A stretch of 49,631 nucleotides of DNA from Intoshia linei (GCA_001642005.1 LWCA01000126.1:1-49631), one strand, 5' to 3'; counted from the stretch's first letter, positions 13,343-27,009 are shown. The notes: generated by a model not told the origin, from the letters alone. Translations and numbers: made by a program.

Positions 13343-16300
13343 TCACATTGATGGAAAATTGATTTGATTAAGATACATGGAATTTCTACAATACGAATGT
13401 TTTTTGAATCTAGCCCTAGCATTCTATATTTATAAATTAAATTACATAATCACATTAAAAATTAAATTTAAATCAGAAATGTAAATAAAATGTACTTGAA
13501 ACCATACTTGAGTGACTCTTTTACTTAGGCCAGTTCTCAAAGCAATTTTTTCTAGATCTAGCCCATCGGGACTATCATCGAAATTAAATGTAGATTGTAA
13601 AATATCCAATTGTAATGCACTAAATATTGTACGGTTTCGTTTAATTTTTCGGTTGTTGCATGTTTCTACAATATTTTAAATCAATAAATATCAATGTCAT
13701 TCAACTGATTTAATTTTTAATTTAATTTTATCTAGTAATTTAATAATAGATTCAATAATTCTGTAATTCACTGTAATAATTCACTAATAATATCATTTAC
13801 ATTTTTTATACAGGCTGTCGTTAAAATAATAAAAAATCCTTTATATTACCAGATTCAGTGAGAATGATGCTTTCACCCTGTCTAAAGAGAACAGAGATAA
13901 GTTGATTTTAACACATGTAAATGAAAATATGTTCAAACCAGGGCTGAAACTGTCCACCAGAGGTTTTCGAAGTGGGCGATATCGCCCAGGGGGCGATTAT
14001 AAAAACAAAATACCAAATTTAAAATATAGTTCCATGTCAATGTTCATTGATTGTTTTATTAAAACATTTTAATTATTAATTAGTAATTAATAATTACACA
14101 CATTTACAACACATGTTTTATTGAAACATTACTAATTATTAGTAAACTTGATAACTAATCTAAAAATTTATTTAATTTTTTTTATATTATTTTACTTTAT
14201 TATCAATTACTGTCAAGTTGACAGTGACAATCTGTGACTTCAATTATAATTTTAATTATCGCTCTTATATTTTAGTGGAAAATTTTTTTAGGGGGGCGTT
14301 GAGAAAATATATTGCTAAAAAGGAGACGGTAGGCACAATGAGTTTGGGAACCCCTGCTATAGACCATATATCAATATGGTAAACATATGACACGCACAGG
14401 GATTTTACCTGATACGTTGGTAAAAACCTTATTTGAAATATTTTAATATGGTGTGTAAATATTAACTCAAAAATGTGTAATAATAGGAAAGTATACATTA
14501 GGGGTGTGAATTTTAGTAATTTTAGTAATTTTTTTGGAAATTTTATGGTGCATGAACTGATAAAGTCGCGTATGACAGTTTTATGGCTACACTAAAAAAA
14601 AATTAATTTTGGAGAATTTTTTGCCAAGACGCTTGCCATTTTAAAAATTTCATACAAAAATGTTCTACAAAAACTAAAATATAACTTTATTTACTGGAAT
14701 GGTATGATGAGATCCTGTAGTTATGTTTTGAGTTGTCTTATATTAATCGTCACGTTGGGTTGTTCATTTTGCATATGATCAACGACAAACTATTTACTAA
14801 CAAAAAACACATAATTAGATAAATTAATGAACCTAAAAATTTTTTATATATAAATGAATAATTGTTAATACATATTAATAAAATTTCATAGTATATTTCA
14901 TTGAATTTTTTGTCTAAATCTTATCGCTTCTGGGTGCGGACAGTAAATGGTTACAAAAATTTTAGTGATATTTTCATTTTACATATATATGGTATATTAT
15001 ACAAGTACTGAAATTCGATATAATATATTTTTAACTTTATATACAATATATGAAATCTAAAGCTGGTAAAACAGCATTGATGTACCGGTACAGCAGCCGC
15101 TGTCGCTGATACCAGCATTTCACACAATAATAAATGCCCAGGGACGTAGAGAACTAACAATGATCCCAGGTACTATGAAAATTGTGGGCCCTATACACAT
15201 ACAAAAAAATTGCATCCTGTATCTCCTGATTAACTTTTATTCAGCGTTTTCTAGCTGTATTAAAAAATTTCTCCACACTACTAGAAAAATATTTCTAACA
15301 TCACCTATTAATTTAAAATATTAGATCCGTGATGATCTGACCCCGTAATATGACCCTAGACCTTTTCCATGCCAATGACCGGTTGTAAAACTACTTTGAC
15401 CTGTTTTATATTTGAAAATACATACAATTATAAATACCAGTTTTAGGATCATGCTGTTTGAGGTAATGTTGTTTACAGTAAATTGTACAATTTCTCAGAC
15501 AATATTCTTCATTTGTAGATAATTGCCTTTTACAAAATTCGCAAGTAAAACAAGCAATATGGAATATACAATGTTCAGCTTTTCGTATCCAGTGTTCCGG
15601 TAAAACTACTTTTTCACATTTATTGCATTTGTAGCCAAAATTTCTAAAATATTACACAATTCTGACTAATACTTGATAATTATTAAAACTTACAAGTGAT
15701 AATCGAGCGAACAATATAATTTGTCTTGGCTAAAATTTTTTAATATAAATAAAAATTAAAAACTAGTAAGTTATTTCAATTATTATTTCAATTATTTTAG
15801 ATTATGAATAGTAAATTTAAATATAGTGGAGCCTCCACTGTGTGCCTATTGTGTTATTCCTGGAAAAACTTTACTTGTTATGATTTTCATACAAAAACTC
15901 TTTATTCTCCAGTTTTCACTATTCGTCAACAATTTTTCAACATAATAGCAAAAAAAATTTCTTGCCTTGGTCCCCCCTAATTAAAACAAATTTAAAAAAA
16001 ATAGGATTTGCGAATAGGCGAAACTTATTAAGTTATTTCGAAAAGATGTTAAAATGTGGCGAAATGTACGAATAAAATTAAACGTAGATGAAATATTGTA
16101 TATTGAATATATTGTACACATAAAATGCTTTATCTCCTTCCTTTAAAGTTTTTTCGCATTTACAACAAACTAAGCAGGCTTTATGAAATTCGTATTTTTT
16201 AGATTCATTTTTTGCTAGGTATAAATCTTTGATACATTTTTTACAAGTTATACATTTCTAAAAGTATTTTTTTTGGATTAAGAAACATGTTACACTATTA

Positions 16301-16362
16301 TAGGTGTCATTATTCTCTTTGGGGAATTTGTCGTCTAGAAGTGGTTTATTTTCTTTGGTCAT
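13343..16362 (-). CDS. Awh: LIM-homeobox transcription factor Arrowhead / Lhx6/8
   Basis: LIM1 CITCKKCI...FHKACLVCCKCEKTL...KLYCSLDY (~16255-15695); LIM2 CNKCEKVVLPEHWIRKAEHCIFHIACFTCEFCKRQLSTNEEY...CKQHY (~15440-15643); homeodomain KRNRTIFSALQLDILQSTFNFDDSPDGLDLEKIALRTGLSKRVTQVWFQ|NARARFKK, with diagnostic PDGxDLExIA and GLSKRVTQVWFQ. Start codon tentative. Confidence 0.92.
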
Positions 16363-17583
16363 GGGGTATTTATGTTTGATATTATTAAAATGTCGGGAAT
16401 TTAACAAAATCAATAATTATTGAAAATAATACTTAAACAAATATATTCATACTTACCAGAATTTTTGTAATAGGCTGCATATGTTTTGGGTATTTTAATC
16501 TTTAAGTATACATAATGAATTATCCGTTTATTGGCTACAATCAAATGCAAGAGAAATTATTGAATTATCTAGCAAAGTGTCAATAGATAATTCACAGTAT
16601 ATACACATTATTATTACAAAATAAACTCTTTTTTATCAATATCAAATAGGATTTCTCATTTTTCTCAATAATTTACAGTCGCTAGCAAATTCAATTTCAT
16701 AGCCAAAAGTCTTAAATCTTGTTAATTTTATTTTTTCAGGGTTTTTGTGAATTTTCATAAAAATATTTATATTGTTAATTACCCTTAAAATTAAAAATTT
16801 TGTAAAATTTGAAATTCATAAATTGAATTTAAATAACAAATGTAATAACAATCATTAAAAATACATATACACATGTATTTACACATTTATAAGGTTAAAT
16901 GTTAAAAATTAACAAAATTACTATGCAATATGGTATAGTACTTAGTATATTTGACAATTTTATGTAATACCTAAGTATACCATTTACATGTCAAAAATAA
17001 TTGTATAGTTTAATTATCATGTTTAATCTTTAAAAATTATCTATTTGTTTATTTGAATGTCTTGATGCTGACAAATAAAATATCTTTCAAATTATACACG
17101 CAACAATCAAGTTGTTAAACTTAAATACCATCATTATATTGATTATCAATATAAATCTAAATTTTTATTTAAATTTTCAATTTTATATAATACGCAATTT
17201 GATTATGGCATGTTTAATTACACTTACAAAAAATTGGAAATGAAATTATTTTTGAGATTATATATATCAATTTATGAAAATGAGATTATGATGGAGTATT
17301 TTTATTTGTATTTTAAATGTAGTGTTTTATGTGGAGCTTTACTTGAAAGTGAGTAAAACCCAAAAACAGCTAAACCAAAAATTTATTTTATTATCAGATT
17401 TATTAAAAAGTATATGATAAATTGAAATAATCAAGTTCACAAGTTAATTTAATTTGTTAAAAACTTTAAACGTGATGCGCAACTCATCGGCACAATTTTG
17501 TCGAATTTTAATGCAACATGATGTTTGTAATACTAGAATAATTTTTCCTAACTTAAATAAAGTTAAAAGATACAAATAAAATA

Positions 17584-20500
17584 ATGGGGAAAAAAATTGT
17601 AATTACATCCAATGAAAATAATAAAGACACGATATTTGGAGAGATTATTAGAGGAGAAAAGCCGGCAAATTTTGTATATCAAGATGAAAAGGTAATCATT
17701 TGAAGTACACTGGAAAAAAAAACGACATGATTAAGTTATATTTATTTTGACTAATAATAATAATAATATTGAATACTATGTTGACTGTTATGTACCACGT
17801 ATAAACATCACCTAGCTCTGCCGAGGGCACATTTTTATTCTACCAAAAAAATAAATTCACGTTGAAAATCTAACTTAAAAATCCACTATTCACTATTATA
17901 AACCCTTTAAAGGAGTGTTTCCCAAACTTGTGTCAGATGGAACCATCATACCACATTACTTTTTACTTTAAAGTGAATTATTCCATCTTAATTTTTTTTG
18001 TTAATATTTTAATAATTTAATAATTTTATTTGCGTAAAGAATTTTAAAAACAATTGTTATCCCATTTTTTTAATTTATTAGACGAATGTGTGTATAATAT
18101 TAAAAATAATGTAAAAACAGTTGAATCCTAAAAATTTTTATAAATAGCATAAATTCCAGAAAAAAATAAAATTATAAAAACCTATTTTATTATTTTCAAT
18201 GTGATGATTAGGGCGGTTTTTTTTAACCTATAAAAATTTTCTAATTAAAAAATATAAACTTTAAATTGGCAAATGTAAATTTTTATTTTGCAATATATTT
18301 TTTTTTCAAATTGATATTTTTTCAGATCGACTTTTAGGAAATTTTGGTATTTTAATAATAATACTATATCAATCTATGTCATATAAATAATATAAAATTA
18401 AAATGACTTTGCGATTTAAGTTAAATCGCAAGTTAATATTTATATTTATATTAAATTAGTCAATATATATATTTTAAAAAAATGTACCTTAAAATCACTT
18501 GTTTCACTATGTAACTTTATTAACTTTTGGAGGCCCTAATGATGATATATATTCAGTACCAATTTAATAAATACTTAAAAATACAAAATGTGTGTTACCA
18601 GGATACAACTGTACCACATGTAATTTTTTTAATTATTGGGCTGTTTTCATAATATAAAAAGTGTAATTTGTGGTGGTTTTGGCTCTGAAGATATAATTTT
18701 TTTAAATTATCCAACTCGTTTGATTTTAAAAAAAAGGACAATTGGGGTTTTTGACCCGTAAGATGTGAGTTTGGAAGGTTAAAATTTATCTTAATATACG
18801 TCCCGAAAAAAACTGTAATTGAAATGTGGTCTTTAAAAAATTCTAAAACGGGTAGTTATTTAAATAAAGCTGAACACACACAGACACACAAACAAAAATC
18901 GCGTCGCATTTTATATAAGTTAGGATCTCCATAAGCAACTATGAGAAATTCACTACAAAAATTGTAGCAAAAAACAGATAATTAAAAGTTTACACGAATT
19001 ATTCATGTAATGAAAACTTTGCTAATGACTAATGACTTTGCACAATGCGATTTTCACTAATTTTTATATTTACTCTGCTATTTCAACTCAGCATGACTCA
19101 AGCTGTAGAGATTTTCAATCTCTAACGCAACTTTTTCACGAATTGCGTTGCTATTCCAATTGGCATCATTTATATTGCAACCGATCACATTGCTTTTTCA
19201 ATTTTAATCGTTTTTATATGAAAATTTGAATACATAAAATTATATCAAATTTATTTTGTTATATTTTCTTCGCTGTTTTTCGTCTCCACATCGTTATATC
19301 AATTTATAATGATGTTTCCTTCTTATATATTTAAATTCATCATAAATATTAATCTATTTTAATTCAGTATTGGTTGGATTTTTTTAATTTTTAATATACA
19401 TGTATTATCTTTTTTAAATTTTATTTTTATTAATTTTTTATTAGATTTATTCAGATTAATTTCTAAATTTCTAAAAATCTACTCATGCTGAGCACCACTG
19501 TTCCATGTGTCAATGCAGAGTTCCCACTGGGTGGAACCGTCATATCATATTATGTTTTACTTTAAAGTGAATTATTCCATCTTAATTTTGTTTTGTTAAC
19601 ATTTGGGTTAAGAATTTTACAAATAATTGTTAGCCCATTTTTTAAATTTATTAGATAGAATGTGTGTATAATAATAAAAATAAAGTAAAAACAGTCCATG
19701 GTTCTTAACCGGGGGTGCATAATCAATTTTTGGGTGCACAGAGCTATTTTAAATATAATTATTGGATTCCAAAGTATTTTCCATTGTATAGTTCAAATTA
19801 CTTCTTACTCTTTATTTACAGAAAAATAATAAATAGATAAATGGTTTTACCATTTACAAACCATCACCAAAACAATAAAAACCAAACCAAATTAAATGAT
19901 TTATATTGTCTCAAACCAGTGACAAACCAAACCACGAGCAGGTTTACCTATATGGCAACTCAAAAATACTATTATTCGAAGAAATTAATGTTTTTCACAT
20001 AGTTTTGGAGATGAGTTTACATATAAAACATAAAAATCAAATAATTTTAAATACTATTAGACTTGTATTTTTTAATATATTCACGAATCGTACATATATA
20101 AATGTACAAGTGATTTTTAAAAATCCTAATAATAAACAAAAATAGTTGGTGAAAAAATTTTTTATTAACAATTTTTTAAGCTCAATTCGTGCCAATAATT
20201 AAAATGATGCAATTACCTTAATCATATTCAAATTTTAAGAATAATTTATGCAATGAAAACTATAAAATACACCATAAATTATACCATGAAATTCCCTTTG
20301 GACAACTTTCCAAAGGCATCAGAATTTACTAATAGAAAAAGATTGATGAATTAATTTGTGTCAATTTACTGATATGTTTATAATAAAAACAACATACAAT
20401 GTACATAAAAATTTAATTAAAATAAACATTAGATCCTAATACATTTGCTATTATGTGCAACTAAGATAGCACGGCAGTTAAATTTTGCTGAAGGCGGATT

Positions 20501-20594
20501 CAGAATTTTGATAAACGATGGACATCATGGATGTCAAACTGTATATCATTTACACCTTCACTTAATTGGTGGAAACCAATTATGGTGGGCTTAA
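17584..20594 (+). CDS. HINT1: Histidine triad nucleotide-binding protein (HINT1/2 family); only first and last exons found
   Basis: Exon 17584-17691 MGKK...DTIFGEIIRGEKPANFVYQDEK|gt; exon 20433-20594 ILIHLLLCATKIARQLNFAEGGFRILINDGHHGCQTVYHLHLHLIGGNQLWWA*, containing the HxHxHxx HIT motif. Confidence 0.85.
17776..18925 (-). mobile_element. Non-autonomous Helitron with both ends, inside the HINT intron
   Basis: On the minus strand the 5' end is A|TCCTAACTTATATAAAATGCGACGCG at 18925 and the 3' end is GTGCCCTCGGCAGAGCTAGG...GTACATAACAGTCAACATAG|T at ~17776. Confidence 0.75.
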
Positions 20595-20791
20595 TTTGTA
20601 ATAAATTAAAAAAATTTAAAAATGAGTTGAAATATTGTACTCACACACTAGCAATTATCTTGTCTTTCCCATGAAATATAAAATATGAAAGAAATCCATC
20701 AAAGAAATATCACATTTTTTAAATCAAAATGGGCGTTTAATAAAAGTACATAAATATCGATTTATACAATCATTTTCAATTTCGTTATAAT

Positions 20792-21509
20792 ATGTTTAAA
20801 ATTATATTAATTTGTATATTTTTAAGCAAAATGAAATGTCAAAACAATAAAGACATTTGTCAACAATTTTTTTCTACAAATACTACCGAATCTCCAATTC
20901 AATTACAAGATTATTATGAAATTGGAAAAATTTTAAAAGGTAAATTATGTGAAAGGTTGTTTTTAAATTTTTTGGTAGTCAAATTGAAATTTCCAAACAA
21001 TGTTAAGAGGACAATAATTTATGGAGCTTATACCTCGGATACTAAAATAACTGTTGGTTTCTGGAAAGATAAAATACTTGGCGAATCTTGCAAAAGTGAT
21101 AAAAACATTTTAGTCATTAAAGATTTCTACCCCATCAATGAATTTCAACTAGAATGGTGGTCATTTAATTTAAAGCTTGGAAAATTTTATGTTAGGTTAT
21201 TTTTCAGTATTATTTATTAATTAATCGTAAATTAGTGTTCAGTCAGGTTTTCTACTAGGATGGCCCATGTTTTAAAAAAATGTAAAAAATAATAGGTGAC
21301 AGCTCTTGATTGGTTGGGTTGTCATTTAATATATCAATTGTTACATTCAAGAGATTACGGCACTATTTTGGTAAGCATCAGTATTTAAATTTTAAAATGT
21401 CATTTCACATAAATATGAATATAAATATTAGGAAAGAAGTGTATCGAGTAACATTTTAGATATATTTGCATACGTTTCAAGTGTTATTCATTGGAAATAC
21501 ACTAACTAA
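20792..21509 (+). CDS. Uncharacterised, putatively secreted protein (multi-exon)
   Basis: Signal-peptide-like start MFKIILICIFLSKMKC and a long open frame with short GT-AG introns. Downstream exons read VTALDWLGCHLIYQLLHSRDYGTIL and ERSVSSNILDIFAYVSSVIHWKYTN*. No family recognised. Confidence 0.55.
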
Positions 21510-22374
21510 ATTAAATCTTCATTAAATGTCTCATCGCATAAAATTACATTTAAATAAGTCAAATGCAAGCTTCCTCTGTATTTAATTCTCCACGTGAACC
21601 ATAATTTAACTTTATCAAAACTAGTGATGCGACGATTCCTAAATTTTTAACGATGCCGATTCCGATGCGATCCAAATACTTTTGAATCATACTATTTGTG
21701 CGAGTTTTATTTGTTTTAATTAGAAAAATAACCATTAATCAACATATTTATTCAACTACCAAATAAACGACTAAGAAGCATCATAATTATTAAAATATTA
21801 ATCAAAATGGCTACCATATTATTTTATTAAAACACTCACCGTGTCTCATAAAGCCTATCTATACCTCATCACCTTACTGATCATTTTTGTTATCTTTTGT
21901 TAATTTTTTTCAATTAGGTTAGTCATTAAATCTAGTGATGGCATTTGGTCAAATAGACACAAATAACAGTAAACAATATTTTTTGTAAAATGTATTTTTT
22001 TCTTAGATGGTCAATAAATCTGAATACTATCTATAATTTGGCTAACATTTAATTCCTGGTTAGGACCAGTGAAACCCTTAGTCTTATTTTTGGTAAAAAA
22101 AATTTACATGAAATTTCAACCAACTCTATTTTTATTTATATTAAATTTGAACTAAGTCTAAGTACACAGTATAAGAATTGAGACATTATCACGTCAGTCT
22201 AAAATTTTGTAATTGAATAACACAATTCGACCTCATTTTTATATTTTGCTCAGTAAACGTTAACGTCGTTAATTTGACCGCGATTAGAATTAATTAAGAG
22301 TTTATCGATTAATTCAGTTATATTTCCTGAATATTATACAATACAGCTGAGACGGTTAATTTTTCTATAATATA

Positions 22375-23920
22375 CACTCGGTGACAAAACTATAGAGCAC
22401 CCACTGAAAAATGAAAAAGCCCATTTTTCTCTAGTCGAATTCTAAAAATTTTTTTACATTCAAAAACATGCTCTTCGCTGATGATTTATGAATTTACCAA
22501 AATTTATTGCCACTATTCATCTTTAATTACGGAAGACAACATTGTTCATTATCGATCACGCGACAAAAGTGTTCTAAAGGAATATATTATAGGTATTTAT
22601 TAGTGTTAAAACCATTTTTTTGATTTTTAAAACAATATTTTATTTATTATTTAAGTCTAGTGAACACAATATTTTCAGTATGCCCAAAAGAAAAACGATT
22701 AACCGACAAAGAAAAGGAGCAATTGATATTCTATTAAAAGAAGGGTACAGTCAGTCAGAAATTGCCATTAAAATAGAAAGAAGTAAAAAAAATTATTCAA
22801 ACACATATTAGAGTGTCTCTATCTAACAAAATTTGCCATCGAATAGGACGCCCAGTGAAGATAAGTCCTTCTGACAGTAGACTCTTAATTAGAACTGCAT
22901 CCAATTCTCCCCTTTCGGTCGGATTAATTAAATCAAATTGTGGTTTATACCATGTTTCCACAAGAACGATACAACGAGAATTATTTAACTCACCACTAAT
23001 CCAAAGAAGAAGAATGATAAAATGTCCTAATCTGACTATTAGTCACATCGAAAAAAGAATTGAATTCGCTCGTTCTAATATGGCTACGAATTGGACCCAA
23101 ATTTGCTTTTCAGATGAAAAACGTTTCAATCTCGATGGTCCCGATAGTTTTTCATTTTATTTCCACGACGTGAGAAAAAAAATAATGTCAAAACTTCTAC
23201 GTCAATGTGGTGGGAAAAGTATAATGGTATGGGCTGGATTCGGTAAAAAGTTTAAAACGAAATTGTGCTTCACAAACGAAAAATTAAACTCAGATAAGTA
23301 TACAAAAATACTTAATGATTATTTACTTCCATGTCAGAGAACATTGAGGTTTTCTAACAAGATAACGCATCTATACACTCGAGTAAATGGACAAAGAATT
23401 GGATTGCCCAAAAAAATATAAACGTTTTATGGTGGCCAACTTGCTCCCCGGATTTAAATCCAATTGAAAATGTATGGGGCATGATGTCAAATGAAGTCTA
23501 TAAAAATGGAAAACAATATCATACCATCAATTCTCTTAAAAACGCAATTGAGGAAGATTGGATTTCGATTGACCAAGAAAAGTTAGACACCCTAACTGAA
23601 AGCATGCCTTAAAAAATTTTTAATTCATTTCAAGGGAAGGTGGAATGACTCACTATTAACCATATGGTTTAATATATTTAATAAATTATTATGGTTTATT
23701 CAATGTAATTAAAATGCTATAGAGCACTTTTGTCACTCTTAATCATAACTTTTTTTCTCGTTGATTTTAAAAAAAATTTATTCGTTATATCAAAATTTCA
23801 AATATTATATTGTCAACAACATACAAAGTTGCGCATATATTCTAAAAATTAGCTATCAATCATGTTTCGTTTTTTTTTATTCGCTTTTATTCAAGTGCTC
23901 TCTAGTTTTGTCACGGAGTG
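22375..23920 (+). mobile_element. Tc1/mariner DNA transposon (DD34E), full length, decayed
   Basis: TA TSDs at 22373-22374 and 23921-23922; 26-bp TIRs CACTCGGTGACAAAACTATAGAGCAC / GTGCTCTCTAGTTTTGTCACGGAGTG; internal transposase. Confidence 0.95.
22680..23658 (+). pseudogene. Tc1/Tc3-like transposase pseudogene
   Basis: MPKRK...EGYSQSEIA HTH; GRPVKIS; FSDEKRFNLDGPD; IMVWAGF; F*QDNASIH...WPTCSPDLNPIENVW with 34 residues between D and E. Frameshifts near 22790 and 23340 and in-frame stops. Confidence 0.92.
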
Positions 23921-24620
23921 TACACTGTTTCTAAACCATTTCTTTGGGTGCACTTGAAATAACTTTAAAATGTTGCCCGCACATCCTAATACCAAAATAG
24001 TAAAAAATGTATGTTGGGGTCTTACAGAAAATTTTTAAAGTTGTATAAGATTTTTCAAGAATAGAATTATAAAGTGGGACTAATGGGTTACATTTCCCAT
24101 GTCTACAATCACGATGGGCTACTATTTTAATTTATGAATTAAAAGTTAGTGTTGGGAAATTTCTTAAGTGTCTCAGAATTAACCAAGACTTGTTAATATT
24201 TTGTTATAAACCCCGTTTCTATCAAAAATATTTTGCGATTGTTTGTAAATTTAATTTTAATCTTAAAAATTCATTTAGAGTTACTCTACTTGACGAAAAT
24301 TACCTGTTATTGTTTAATTATAATTCTCATGAAATTTCAACAGTATTTAATTTAAAGTTTATACATAAATTAAAATTAAGGTTATTCCCAAAAAATCAGA
24401 ATTTGGTATTTTTAATTTTTAATAATTATTATAATTGATAATTATCAGTCTTTAGATTTTATTTGGCAAATTTTAATAATTGGTATGATTGGCGGAGGAT
24501 ATTTTTCCATATTTTTTCTTTTCGCACTAATTTTACTGTAAATACCAATAAATGTTACAATATAATTATAATTGTTCAAAAGAATACAGTAAAAAATAAC
24601 AACATTATAAATTACATGTA

Positions 24621-25792
24621 TTAAATACGGGGAAGTGATTGACTTCTATTGATATTAGATGGAAAATCATTTTTGGAATCAACGTTATGCATTTGATACG
24701 GCTTACGACTTTCGCGCAATTTGGGGTTGTTTGGATAATTACAATAACAGCATCTGTAGCCTAATAAAAATGTAAACTAAAAATCTCATAACTAAATAAA
24801 CTGAGATAATCGGCTTCTTCGATAAGAGACATTCCATTATGAGAAAAACAATTTTGACAAATAAGGGCAAATCTATTTTGAGGTCCATCCCCTAGTATGA
24901 AATCTAAAAACCTCTCCATGATACTACGATTTCTAGATAAAATGGGTCTAATTAATTCAATTTTTTCGGTTTCTCGAGATTTTTCTAAATTTGTTATAAA
25001 TGACGTAAATCTAACACCTTAACCTATATTACTAACGTCCGGTTCAACCAATTGTTTAGTTTCATCTAATATAACTAATAAACGAATCAATAAAATTAAA
25101 CTAATAGATTTGTTTTCATCTTTTTTCGTGTATTTGTCAATCAATTCCTTAGCCTTATTGTATGTTTCCCGCTCCATTATAGTTTCTAGCTAAATATAAA
25201 AATAAATACAAGTATATTTAATAATATTTAATTAATTTTCGATTAAAAATCAAATTTTAAATTACGAGTTTATTTTTAGTGTCATTGTAGAGAGTAAAAC
25301 TGGAATCTAAATAAATTTATTACATATAATGCATGCAATATATTTCAAAGAGTATTACTTGACCGTTTGAGATATCTATTGAAAAAATAATCCAAAAACC
25401 GTTTAATCAAATAAATTCTAAATTTTTATAGACAATTCATAAATAATTACGAAAATACGTACAAAAATGGAGAAAGTATAATAAAGAGGACCAAAATAAT
25501 ATATCTGAGTCTAGACGTAGCAAGAGAAAATAATATACATGAAATTAAAATGTACAAGGAAATTGAATACATTAAATATTTTTTTACATAATGTACATGA
25601 TTTTTTGTTATGGTTTGTATTTTTGCTTCCGTTTCTAGAATTTTCTAGATAATTTTGATTAATGTGTATAATTAAGTTTTACAAATTCCAAATCTTCAAG
25701 TTTTACTTTAATGTCATTTTTCTAAAATTATTGAGGGCTGCGCAGTTGAAATTTACCTTTCGGTTGAAAAATAATGAAGATAAAAATTGCAT
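24621..25792 (-). CDS. LNPK: Lunapark, ER three-way-junction protein
   Basis: N-terminal coiled segment plus two hydrophobic helices (YLMYSISLYILISCILFSL...YIILVLFIILSPF); ETYNKAKELIDKY; RSIMERFLDFILGDGPQNRFALICQNCFSHNGMSL...YRCCYCNYPNNPK C4 zinc finger; stop at 24621. 5' end uncertain (ATG at 25792 or 25717). Confidence 0.9.
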
Positions 25793-27009
25793 TTTTAAAT
25801 ATTAAATCAAAATTATTTAATTTTATTTCTGTATAACCATAAAAACGGTTTCGATTGAATTAATAAATTATAGGTTGAAATTAAAGTATTTTTTATTTTG
25901 ATATTATTGTATAAATTTTGATCAAAATTATATATTCAAAATTTGAATTTTAAATTGACATGTGAATAATTCAATTGAAAAGAACTGTACATTTTTGGGT
26001 ACATGGTGACTACTTATATTTGGTGCAAAATTGTAAAAAAAAGCCTTGACCGTCAACGTGGGAATTTTTGAGATTGACACTTTGATTTTTGGAATCAGTG
26101 TGAAATAATAGCGCAAAATTTTATTTAACAGTGGTATATTTAAAGTAACAATTGTTTTAAATTGAAACAGGTATGAAATTTGAAGTTGCATAATATTGGG
26201 AATAACAGCCAAACCTACCGTACCCGAGAATTCTCTTTAAGGGGCTAATTTTTAAAAATTGAACATTAAAAATTTATATTCTTGAATATCAACTATTTTG
26301 TGTTAAATTAAAGCTGTCAGAAGTACGTTTTTTTGTAAAAGTACGTTTTAGGCAGCACTGATAAAAACGTACTAAAATTTAAGTTTATTATAATAAACTT
26401 TAATAATTTTTAAAATGTAATACGCTATGGTATACGATTAATTCAATTAATGTGAAATCATTTACAATTCAAATAATAAAATATTTAAACTAAATTTTAA
26501 TTTACATTTGTATTTTATTTAGTTTAAAACTAAAAACTTGTAAAATTCCAATTTAACCAATAATTTAATTATAATAATAAATAATAATTTTGTGACTAAG
26601 CAATATGAGTACGTTTTTAATCTGTCAAGTTTAGTTAAATTGAAAATGCTAAGTCAAGAGCCTTGGAGATGATTGACTTTACGTTACTGTAACGTAAACT
26701 TACACTATGCATGGTTTACGAAAAATTTTTTTAGTGATCTATTTTTCATTTTTGGATGACCTGGAACTTGGTAGATTCGGCTGTGGGTAGTAAAATTCTG
26801 TTTTAATCGGGAAAATGCACATTCCTCAGATTGAAATGTATGATATCGCTAGGCAGGAAACAGCCGTCTTTTGTCATATTTTAAATATTAAATGATTTAA
26901 TCATAAAATAATTTATTAGCACACACATTCAATTTTATATAATAACGAAAGATACACGTAATTTAAAAAATAATACACAGTTTAAGATTTTAATAAATTA
27001 TATTTACAT

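Noticed and set aside
19032-20145. ORFs in the HINT intron as the missing HINT exon or a nested gene
   Set aside because: No HINT-like residues in any frame examined, no consistent splice structure, and interspersed with repeat fragments.
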